From NCBI RefSeq assembly GCF_004010195.1, contig NC_057751.1, forward strand, positions 11,803,901-11,827,281: 23,381 nt of DNA, read 5' to 3'. Of this stretch, positions 11,604 through 21,994 are shown in pieces (the stretch's first letter is position 1; the number at the start of each line of letters is the position of its first letter). The notes under the pieces were generated by a model. It saw only the letters and a program-made list of their open reading frames with translations, made no database searches and was not told the origin of the DNA. The stretch comes from Chiloscyllium plagiosum. Lineage: Eukaryota. The translations under genes and the position numbers were made by a program.

Positions 11604-12146
11604 ATTATTTAAAGTAGTGAATTAAAGAAAGTAGCTATGTGCACTCTGTTTATTGTTATCATTGTGATATAAAAATTATGTTCTTGTTAATAAGACTGCA
11701 AAACCTTAATTAGCAATGAGAGACTTGATTTTGTGCAATTGTTTGTTCATGATTAATTCAGCATAATTTAACTCCGTGCATTGCACTGGAGTTGAGAGAA
11801 CACTACTGCATTGAGAGAGCTCACAATTCTTCATACCTGCTTTAGGCAGATAAGGGGGAATTCAGAGGAGCATGCAAATGTTACAGTTAAAGCATTGATG
11901 GATTGGAAGCCATTGTCGGACAACATGGATAATAGACAAATTGAACATTTTTGTATAATGTTTGTCAAACAGTGAGATGTAAAGATAGTCTAGGTGGGTC
12001 CTCAACAATTGGCGGGTTTGCCAATCAAATCCAATGATATGTTTCTCATTAAGTTATCTTATTTATAATTGAGTAATAAAACTTATCCTCAGCCAAATCA
12101 TTACAACTTTTAATGTCCTCAAGTGTCCATTAATAGCCAATGTAAC

Positions 12147-12192
12147 GCAAAAATACATTTTAATGCAAAAATACATTTAAATGTAAAAATAC
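12147..12192. repeat. 18-bp tandem repeat, about 2.5 copies
   Basis: GCAAAAATACATTTTAAT / GCAAAAATACATTTAAAT / GTAAAAATAC. Confidence 0.8.
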
Positions 12193-12879
12193 CCTCTTGG
12201 TGTCCTGGTGGGACCAGGGTTTTTAAAGAAAATGGTTGGTAGCACCTAAAATGCAAAAGATTGAGAACTGCTGTGTTGCAACACAAAGGACAGGGTGAAC
12301 TCACATTTCTGTGATGAAGATCAGGAATGAGCCTCACAGGAGGGAGCAGAATTGTCCTGGCTACATAGGCCAAGTATAGAACAGTCAGCAAATGGGCAAT
12401 GTTGTGGAGGTTGATAAGAGTTTCTTTGCATTGAAAAGGATATGTGATCAGAAGTTTGGATTGGTATTTAATGATGAAAATAATTTGGTTTAAACACTGC
12501 CTTTGATATAAAATACACCATGGTACTCCTGAAGCTGCTTTACAACAAGTTGACAAAGAGCCACACAATTAGATTTCAAGATAGAAAGTGATCTCATATG
12601 GGAATTTAATTAAAAGTTTAAAATATTGGCCAGGTTGTGAAATGGCTTCAGTAGACAGGAGTTTGTGGCAGGACCAAATACAAATGTCTTTGAGCTTCCC
12701 AAGCTTGAACTGGAGGAACAAGTCCAATGGAAAGCACCAGTATCTTGGACTCTACAGTTGAAGACAGCAGAGAGAATGTGGAAAAGTGTACAGTAATTAT
12801 GAAAAAAATGACAGGAAAACAAATCTTTATTCTCCTGGGTTGAGCTGAAATAAAAAGCAGAACCAAAAAGGTGGTAATC

Positions 12880-13011
12880 TCTGGCTTACTAATTGGTACA
12901 GGGTGTATAAGATTAAGTTAGTAATTGCATGGCTGAAAGACTGGTGTGGGAAAAATGGGTTTGAATTCATGGGACATTGGCACCAGCACAGGGGAAGAAG
13001 GGACATGTTCC
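12880..13011 (+). mobile_element. LINE ORF1 fragment (SGNH/GDSL esterase-type ORF1 of CR1/L2 elements)
   Basis: Translates to IAWLKDWCGKNGFEFMGHWHQHRGRRDMF, matching the WLxxWCxxxGFxFxxHW...DLF(xxDGLHL) segment of CR1 ORF1 esterases. Confidence 0.7.
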
Positions 13012-13036
13012 AATGTATGGAATTCATTACCACAGG

Positions 13037-13172
13037 AAGTATTGATGCAAAAACATTGAATGTATTCAACAAGGTTAGATATGCACTTGAGGTGAATGGG
13101 ATCAAATGTCATGATGAGAAAGCAGGATTAGGCTATTGCATTGGACAATCAGCCATGATCATGATGAATGCT
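13037..13172 (+). mobile_element. CR1 ORF2 C-terminus and 3' UTR fragment
   Basis: IDAKTLNVFN..ALEVNGIKCHDEKAGLGY resembles VEAQTLDSFKKELDRTLKDSEIKGYGDKAGTGY of the 22.5-kb copy. Followed by the TCAGCCATGATCATGATGAATG tail. Confidence 0.75.
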
Positions 13173-14519
13173 CGCCACCTCCTACCTCTGAATACATATT
13201 CACCAATTAGATACTCTTCTGTCCGAAAGCAGAATGATCCTAACGGATCATTACATTTTTACAGAAGTGTGACAGAAGCTAAAAATGAGATTCAACCGTG
13301 TTTAAGAGCATTTATCAAGTGAAAGGTTGGCATGAATTTTTAATGAAAATATTTAATGAGGCTTTTTTCTCCGTGTTGGGCATGCCAAGGGCAAGACCTT
13401 ATTTGGATTGGCAAGAGATAAGCAATATTGTTAAAATCTCCATCTTCAATACATATGTCCACATAGTATTTTTACTTGATCTGCTTCAGGTTGCAAATAA
13501 ACAATGAATTACAGGTTTCTTTGCCTGTATACTGAACTAAAGAATCTAATTTCTATGTGGTCTTCACAAGTTCAAGATGTACACATTCACACCTCTAATG
13601 AAACGAGATTTAACTGACTAGTTTCAAACTGTATTGCCCTTCAACTCGATCAAAAGACTTGGCAATACTTGCTTCACTCAATATTTGAAAGAGAAGCAGG
13701 TGTATGTCACATGGCCAAAGTCCTGATGTAGAGTCATGAATTCACCTAAGATAAAGGCACCTCTGGTGATATCTGAATTCAAGGAATTAAACAAATCTAG
13801 AATAAAAGGTTACTATCAGTAAAGATGAAGCTAATAGATTTACACAAAACATCATGCCAATTATTGATTTTTAGGGAGGGAAATCTGCCACTTAGTCCAG
13901 TCGTCCCACCCCACTGGCCGTTCATTAGTGTAACTGGCCAAGCACTATTAGGAAAAGCTAACAGAACTACAACCAAGTCATCCATGTTTCCACCACCCGA
14001 CTGCCCAATTTCAGTACACATTTCTTTGTCAAGTTGTTAAACTCAGACCTATCCACATTTCCCTCTATTTATTCTTTCTTATCTTCTAAACAATTCTGAC
14101 TTCGACAGTTCATTTTCAGTCAAGTAAATGCTATACATGCTACGTTTTTTCGATTATTTTCATGGAATATACATCTACAGACACATGATAATACCATTTA
14201 ATGCAATTAAGGGAAACTGGATCTCAAGCAATGAATGCACAAAACTGTTGCAATTTTAAGAAATTGAGCAAATTTCATTGTCAATGACATGTTGGACCAT
14301 CTGGATCAAAATTGGACTGACCCGTTATCAAATAAAAAGTCACCTAAATTTTTCGATGGCCTACAAATTATTGGAAGGATGATTGCTGGCTTTACCTTGT
14401 CTTTGGAGAGGATGTTGGCAGCCTTTCAGTCTGTAACACTGCAGTTCACATGGTGTTTCAGCAAGGAATTCCAAGGCCATGGGCCTGTGTTGCCAAACAA
14501 CAACACAGGGTGCAACTGC

Positions 14520-15180
14520 ATCATTCCTTCAAAGTGCAGTCACAGGTAGAAGGGTGATGAATAAGACATTTGGCATACTTGCCTTCATTGGTCAGAACAC
14601 TGAGTACGTAAGTTGAAACATGATGTTGCAGCTATACAGGACATTGCTGATGCCACTTTTAGAATACAGTGTACAATTCCGGTTGCCCTTCTATTGGAAG
14701 GATGTTGTTCAGCTGGAGAGGGTGAATAAAAGATTGACAATGGTGTTGCTGGGCCTGGAGTTATAGGGAAAGGCTGAGGCTTTTTTCTGTGGAGTATCAG
14801 ACGCCGAGCGGTGACCTAAAACAGGTTTATAAAATTATGAGGAGCATGGATAGGCTGAACGTCTTTTTCCTAGGATAGGGAAGGAAATCCAAAGCCACAA
14901 GTGACAGGTTTAAGGTGAGAAGATAAAGATTTAAAGTGATCATAGGGACAACTTTTTCCACGCAGAGGCAAGTGAGCATATGGAATGAGCTGCCACAGGA
15001 AGTGGTGGGGATGATACAATTACAACATTTAAAAGACATCTGGATGGGTATAATGAAAAGGAAGGGTGAAGAGGGTTATAGGCCAACTGGTGGCAATGGG
15101 GCTTGGTCAAATTGAGACGTCAGGTCGGCCTGGATGAGTTGGACTGAAGGGTCTGTTTCCATTCTGTATGGCTCTATGAC
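14520..15180 (+). mobile_element. 5'-truncated, decayed CR1 LINE (3' end)
   Basis: Colinear similarity to 1630-2300, e.g. GGCATACTTGCCTTCATTGG, TTAGAATACAGTGTACAATTCCGGT and GGTTTATAAAATTATGAG. 3' tail GAAGGGTCTGTTTCCATTCTGTATGGCTCTATGAC. Confidence 0.85.
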
Positions 15181-16117
15181 CAATTGAAGGTTGCTAGAAG
15201 ACATTCTTCTGACAGATCTAGTAAACAGTTCCCACAACATATCATTTACAGCTCTGATTGCAAAAAAAAGTGCCTTTGAAAAAGTTCATGCACTGTTCAA
15301 GAGGCAGCATGATCAGCTGACTTCCTTTCAATGTCTCTCTTTCAGAGATTTTAAACAGTTGCTAACAGAATATATCTGGCAGTGGAGCAGCTGCCAAATC
15401 TTTTTCATAAATATGGAGTCATTCCTACCGCTGAAGTTGGAGGAATTCAACTTCTAACTAGATACCTAGCTTATTATCTCCACAGTCAATTTCAATTTTT
15501 TCTTTCAGTAAACTACTCTGAAAGACAGGGGCACTTAATATCAAGCAATTGCACACAGAAGGATATCCGGTATTGGACACAGTGGCAAGCTTGCTAAATT
15601 ACATGGGCTATTTGTCACCCACTGCAAATGGACCCCAGGAAGTTCAATGACTTAGTCAATTTTGGGGGAAGAGGAGACACAGATTATCCTGAAGTTTCAG
15701 TGTTAAGTTTCCAAACAGCTCAAATAAATATGCAATGTTACACTGAGAAATTCCTTAGTGCTACTTTAAATAGTTCCAAGTTTCAAGAGTGAAATCCTCA
15801 GAAGCTTATCAACAATCAAATCTTAAGGGAGAAAATTCTTTTCTGATCACATAGCTTTTACCAAATTCAACCCCCAGTGAAATTCCAATTTTACACGATG
15901 CCATGTACCAGAATTAGTGTCTCACTCTGGGAACAGACATAAAACATGGCTATTACCATTCCTGTTCAATTGATAATCAACCCAACTCACCTGAGCCAAT
16001 TACTATGAATTAAAAATGCAACCTTCTCTTTCATGCTTTAATCCAGTTTAAATCACCATGAGCTCCTCGGTCTGAATTCATGCAGTAAATTGCATTGCAA
16101 TATTCAGAAATAAATAG

Positions 16118-16123
16118 TTTATT
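16118..16123 (-). promoter_or_regulatory. Candidate TM2D2 polyadenylation signal
   Basis: AATAAA on the minus strand (TTTATT on +), about 625 nt downstream of the TM2D2 stop codon. Confidence 0.55.
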
Positions 16124-16746
16124 GGCGATATTTCCACTTCCAAAATGTGAGAAGTTTTGCCTCAGGTGGCTTCCTATCTTGAATTGCATACAATGCTGCT
16201 AACAAATTGTCTGACAATATCAATTTTATACAAGTTCTTAGCATGACTTTCAACCAGATTTGAACTAACCAAAAAATTTTCTGTGGGGTGTACTGAATTC
16301 CTGAGCCATTAAAACACCAGTTAAATTTCAAATTGAGCATGCATTGCTTGTTCCAAGTGTTGTGAAAAGATTAACCAGGTTTAAGTCTTACAGAAGTACA
16401 CAATTTCTGTTACAGTATACTTTGGTTGATAAATGCATTTCATATAGCACAAATTTTAAAAAACTCTTAAGTTCAGAAAAGCATGATTGCAACATGTATA
16501 TTTACAGACTTGGTAAAAATGACATAAGCTACTGCAATCTGAGACATTATAATCTTGTGTATCCTCTGAGGAATACAAGTCAAACATGAGGAGGATGAAA
16601 AATCCAGCAAAGTCCATGTGCAAGGATTTGCTATCCATCCAAACAAATTGAACTACTCCAGGAAAAGGTACAAACAGACTCCCATGTGCTTTGTCCTTCT
16701 CCTCCACCAAATACAAAAATTCTTAGATTCGAGATGAAATACATCT

Positions 16747-16960
16747 TCAGTAGTAAGTGCACCAGTTACTGCCATCACTGGGCATCAGACCTCCTGTAAT
16801 GAGTAGTATTAGATCCACAAACCACCAGATCCCGAGACCTCCAAGAGTCAGCAGTTTGCCCACTGCAGTGCCAGTGTGTGCCAGGCAAAATCTATCCACA
16901 CCGAAGCACCCCAGGAAAAAGGAATATAGCAAGGTTGTTACAAAATAGTGTCCTGTGTAC
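16747..16960 (-). CDS. TM2D2: TM2 domain-containing protein 2, exon 4 (TM2 domain, stop)
   Basis: ttttgcag|G TAC... Encodes (K)[70 protein letters not shown], with the TM2 DRF motif and the typical TM2D2 C-terminus. Confidence 0.97.
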
Positions 16961-17759
16961 CTGCAAAATATACATGTAGAGGGCTTAGCGAAGAAACAGA
17001 ACATTTTAAAAACATGTCACTGGACTAAGTGGTTAGGTTTGTTTAGCAAAAGTACACCTTGTTGCAACAAAAACAACGTTGAAATTTCAAAACAGACAGA
17101 CAGTTATTCCTTTATCAGTATTGGAAAACTCGAGCAGTCTTTGTAAAGGGCTGAGGGATGGAGGGCAAATGAAAGATCTGTGACATGGTGAAAGGCATGA
17201 ATGACCCAATGACCAAAGTGATGATGTTTTAAGGTGAATAGAAATGGTATTACAAGTAAGAAACAACAGGTAGATTTAAAGGTGATTACAAGGTAGAGCA
17301 AAATCACCCCCAACCGCCATCCAAAACAAAGAGCAATGATTATGAACAGAAATTATTCAGCTCAAAGGGTTGTGAAGTGCCTCATCAAAAGATAGGATAA
17401 TGATCCTTGGGCTCAACTCTAGTCTCTGGATGAGTAGGTAGGAGGCTGAGCAAAGGAGGTGGAAGTGGGGGTGATCTATGAAAGGCACAAAAGGTGCAAA
17501 TTTGGAATCAATCTTCATCATTAAAATAATGCAAGTAACAAATGGAGATGTGAGAAGTCAGTTGATATTAACATGGCTTTTAAGGAAAATGTTGGCATTC
17601 CACTCCAAATCCTCCCGAGCAAAATGTCCTGCTCCTTGAGTGAAAGCCTCACAAAGCCACAAGGTTCCCAGTGTCATTCAAAAAATGTTTAAGAGATTTC
17701 ACATGCCACACTATATTTATTTCTTCAGTGCTGTCCAGATTTTCATAACATCTGATGAT

Positions 17760-17950
17760 ATTTACAGCAAACAAACTGATCAATTCGCTAGTCATCTATC
17801 TATTGGCTCTTGGCAACAGCAAATCAGTACCACTCACCTGTCCCTTCCCCATAGCCCTGTATCTTTCTTTTTTAAATCTTCAAGTAATTATCCAAGTTTT
17901 TTTCTGGTAGTCTTCATTGAATTTGTGTGCACACGACACTCAGCTAGCAC
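17760..17950 (-). mobile_element. Decayed CR1 3'-end remnant in TM2D2 intron 3
   Basis: CCCCATAGCCCTGTATCTTTC...CAAGTAATTATCCAAG resembles minus-strand CR1 tails (compare TCTCCATAACCCTTG...CTATCCAACT at 22512-22558). Confidence 0.5.
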
Positions 17951-18456
17951 ATTAAAGAAATACAACATTCACATATGCAAATCTTGCATATGAATACATT
18001 TATTGATCAAGCCAAAAGTAACTGATTTCTTTTGCGTTGAGAAGCATATTTCACAGGTGACCAGTGATTCATGCATGTAGCAGCTTCTTGAAAATTTAAT
18101 GCATTCAACTCTGTACCTCCACTTCATAAATTTCTTGCTTTGTATAAATATATTCTATTCCCTTTTGAATAATCTAAATTCAAGTTTGAAATGCACAGAT
18201 ATACTCAAGTTTAACTGGCTTGAATTACGCGGGCAACTTTTGTATGTTCTTGAAGTTAACAATTACTTCACAAAATGTAACTTTGAAAATATATGCTCAA
18301 GTTACTTTGGTCATAACAGAATTGCTCACAAAAGAATGTTGTCACATTCAAAAAACTATTTACATGTAATTTGTTGACTCCAATTCCTTTTTGGTTTTAT
18401 ACTGGATGAATGAAATAGGAATCAGCACGCTTCAAACAATAAAATGGAATTCTTAC

Positions 18457-18572
18457 TTGATACATGGCACATTTCCTCTGAGGAAAGTGCGTGGCCCGGC
18501 ACATTCAATATCCTTTAATGCAGTACAACGCACCCGTGTGTGCTCCACTTCATTGTAAGCCTGTCCGCCAAA
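18457..18572 (-). CDS. TM2D2: TM2D2 exon 3
   Basis: caacag|TTT...ATCAA|gtaaga, 116 nt. Encodes [38 protein letters not shown]. Confidence 0.95.
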
Positions 18573-19998
18573 CTGTTGACCAAAATACTGAGTTAATTAA
18601 ACCATTTAATGTCAGGACCCTATGTCCAATAAACAGTAAATCCAAAAATAATCCAGGTAGTTAGGTCAGTACAATCCATTTGGCATCATAAATTCAATGA
18701 AGAGCTCCATTCTACATAGGAATTTCGAACGTTTTGAGCAGGAAGACTTAAATCTGTTGCTTGGTCTTGACTGCACTCTTACTCAGTGCTTTAAGAACTA
18801 CTTGAAATATTTCAATTTTTATCCCAACTGAACGATGTGCAGCTTTAAGGTCATACAATAGGAACATAGATGTAATAAAACCTGTGTGCCAACATGTAAG
18901 ATAGCTTACAGTTACATGAATTCAGGTGTAAAGTCGAAGTGCAGCCACAAATGGACTGCCTTCTTTCAAGATTATTAAGTCATTGACTAGTTCATTAGGA
19001 GCTCAATGTCAAGTAGTTCTAAATTCTTCTCAGAAGCCCAATGGCTATGAGGGAACTGCAACAACTTCACTGCTGCAAATGTAAACATCGTACATGGATA
19101 TTTCCAAATAATTAATAAAAACAGAAAGTGCTACAGTTGGTTCACTTCAAGAACAGAGATGTCAACACTTCAAGTACAGTGTTTTTGGAAAATGGAAGGC
19201 GAGAGAATTTCACTGAGTTGTGTTATCAAGACAAAATATTTAAAATTTTCTGTGGATTTGAGTTTGAAGCATTGTGCATGCCTGGATTGTTTAGTTTAAA
19301 GTGGCAAATGAAAGGGCACTCAACAAGGCATTACTTTTCATTGTCAGAAATCTTGGGAACATCTGCTCATCTACTCGAGACCCCCTTGCCTGTGTTTGAC
19401 GGCTGTCAGGTTCCTGATTGTTCAGAATCACTTGGGAGGAACCTCCAGTTTGGATCTATTTCTGGAAAAGAACCCTTGTTGTGGGTCATGCATGGAAAAG
19501 ATTTGAAAGAGTTTTACTCTATTTCATGATTGACTATCTGCAAAGCATCTCAGCAACGGCCATCTGACACCTCAAACCTGATCCTTTTTGCATCCAAAAA
19601 CAAACAGTTCGGGCAATTTTTAAAAATTTAGAAAAATCAACTTTGTCACTTTACCTCAAGTACATCAGTGCCCATGTGCGTCTGGAAATAACAAGGTAAG
19701 CATTCACATTGCCATACTACAAACTAATTGTCAACCAGTCCGACATCTTTGATGAAGAATGAATATAATTTTATAATTAAATAAATCTGGTTGATCGATT
19801 TTTAAAAATTTAACATCAAATTTCAGCAAAACTTATGATTTGCCATCTGGGGACTCCCATAAAATATTTTAGAATTTTCACTGGAACCCTTGGCATAGTG
19901 GGATTACAGCAACCATGCATTCTTCCAAACTAGGTTTTAAAACAGCTTGCACTACAATGTCATTAGCAGGTGAAGACAAAAATCAAAAAACTTCTTAC

Positions 19999-20086
19999 TT
20001 TTACACAACCATATCCTTGCTCTTGTTGGGCAGTCACATTTCCAGAATGGTTCACTGGCTCATCGCATTCAACAAATTCATCTGGC
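19999..20086 (-). CDS. TM2D2: TM2D2 exon 2
   Basis: ctacag|G CCA...AAA|gtaaga, 88 nt. Encodes (L)[29 protein letters not shown]. Confidence 0.95.
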
Positions 20087-21319
20087 CTGTAGCAAATACA
20101 GAATACCAAATATAAAATTACAAAAAACACTATCATTGTACAAATCAAACAGACAAAAGGCTTATGGCTGTAATTCAAACTAAGTGCAGCATTACTTCAA
20201 TTCTTGTAAAAAGGCCTGCAACTGAAATGTTGATGACATAAATGTTGACAGCTTTATTTTGCGTCCTTCAGGTTTCTGTCTATGCTCCAAGCACAAACTA
20301 ACTCATGATACGGTTCATCTTTTAAGCAGAGATCCTGGACTCAAGCTAATAGCGTTACCAAGAAGAAAAAAGCACTGTCCTCAAACCTGAATGAACTTCA
20401 GCATCCTCAGCTACTTTACTATCATCCATAGTTGAGCTTTTTCTCTGGGGTCAGGGCAGACCACACAAAATAGAGAAAGCCTGGCACTCACTGTTATCAG
20501 TGATGAGATGTTGCTTATTCACATTGAAGACAAATAATCATGACTTGTGTTCAGTAAGAAACAGGGCTCAAAGCTTGTGCGTTAGATACTTTGGGCCGAT
20601 ATTTTGCACTGAGTTTTATGCTGGGAAATAGAAATGACAGATTCTGTCCTGGACACTTCCTAAGTGCCTAAAGGTAGCTCAGGGACATACAAAATAATGA
20701 AAACAAAAGGACAAAATAGTTTACTTTTTTGTTTGAAGAACAGAAGAATCGGGTCAAAAAGTCACCAATTTTATACAGCACATGGTGTTAACCACCTTGG
20801 GAACACCACTGGAGGATCGTATATTGTTTTCATTTTCATGCCAAAGCTGATTGGATATGGTTATTAAGAATGACCGAACAGATGGGTAACCTTCTTCACA
20901 TCACAAAAAAAAAGAATATCTGCACATTTGAGGCAGGGAATAAGAAAAGTTTCCAGAGAGTAAATGCAGGGATGACAACCTTGTCTGCACCCTCAATTAT
21001 TTTGCACTGCATCTTGGCAATTCGAGCTGCAGGCCAGCTATCAAGTCTGGAGACGACACCCCTTCTGTTCATCATCCAGTCGCCGACACAAATCTCACCG
21101 AGAATTTCAGGAAAAAAAACACAGCGTCATGACGAACCAATTGTTAAAACTCATGAGTAGTACGGGGTTTTTATTTAAAAAGGGGAGGATGGCGGATGCC
21201 CATAAGGGAAGTGAGTACAACTGAACTTGTGCGAGGGGGTTTCAATGCGCCACAGACGATGCAACTTCTTGTGATATTTTGGTCGGGGGGAGGAGGAGTG
21301 AAAAAGGCGAAGGACTTAC

Positions 21320-21570
21320 AAGAAGCTGCAGAGCACCAGTGGGGACAGCGGGTCTCGGTACTCGAGCAGCTCCATGTCTTCCGGGTAGTTCCCCAGAGCC
21401 AGCTCCCCACGGCCCCTGGACGGCGACTGCACCTGCCGCGGCTGCGAACCGTTGACCGTTGAGCTTTGAGACGACGACGAGCCGGCCGCCAGGCATTGCA
21501 GCAACACAGCAGCTGCCAGCAGTGCCAGCTGTCCGCCCAGTAACAAGTGACCGAGCGACACAGCCCACAT
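21320..21570 (-). CDS. TM2D2: TM2D2 exon 1 coding part (signal peptide)
   Basis: ATG at 21570 in context GGAACGATGT. Encodes MWAVSLGHLLLGGQLALLAAAVLLQCLA...YRDPLSPLVLCSF, donor TT|gtaagt. The four exons total 669 nt (222 aa plus stop) with consistent phases. Confidence 0.93.
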
Positions 21571-21940
21571 CGTTCCCCCGGCCTCAGGTCGGCCTCCCTC
21601 GCTCGCTCGGGCCAAACGCCCTCCCAACCGACAACAAACAACATGGCCGCGAGAACAATGATTGACGTGCACCTGTGTCCAATCAAGAGTGCGGCCTGAC
21701 CATGTGGGCGGAACACAGTCCCGCTCCGACGGCCGCGCGGGTGATTGACGTCCCACCGTTGCCCAACCAAATAAAGGTATCTTGCCCACGTGAACTCAAC
21801 GCCCCGCCCAGCCAGTGGAGCCCGTGACTGTGGTCGACCAATGTCCAATCAGTTGCCACGACCCTGACCACCGGGTTCGCTCGGGTTGATGACGTTAAAG
21901 ACGTGATTGGCACTCAATTCCAGTCGCACTGACGGACAAA
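21571..21940 (-). promoter_or_regulatory. TM2D2 CpG-island promoter and 5' UTR
   Basis: CpG-rich from about 21160 to 21940, unlike the CpG-poor background. YY1-like AACATGGCCGC (21640-21650). CCAAT boxes at 21679, 21838, 21845 and 21906 (reverse). GC box at 21801-21809. TGACGT at 21663, 21746 and 21890. E-box CACGTG at 21787. Confidence 0.8.
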
Positions 21941-21994
21941 TATGGTTGGTCTCCTGCCCCCCCACAGTTCCTTGAGAATCAGCACATAACAACG

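Noticed and set aside
12147..12192. CRISPR-like or functional repeat array
   Set aside because: A simple AT-rich tandem duplication without spacers, in eukaryotic DNA.
10537..12568. 147-aa (10537-10980, +) and 149-aa (12119-12568, -) intergenic ORFs
   Set aside because: Non-ATG starts, composition typical of AT-rich non-coding DNA, and no recognisable motifs.
21571..21789. In-frame N-terminal extension of TM2D2 from a GTG
   Set aside because: It runs through promoter motifs. The ATG at 21570 is in good context and directly precedes the signal peptide.
21171..21848. 225-aa ORF and other long overlapping ORFs across TM2D2 exon 1
   Set aside because: Expected in a GC-rich, stop-poor CpG island. 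Non-ATG starts and no recognisable domain. Only the internal ATG at 21644 is kept as a finding.
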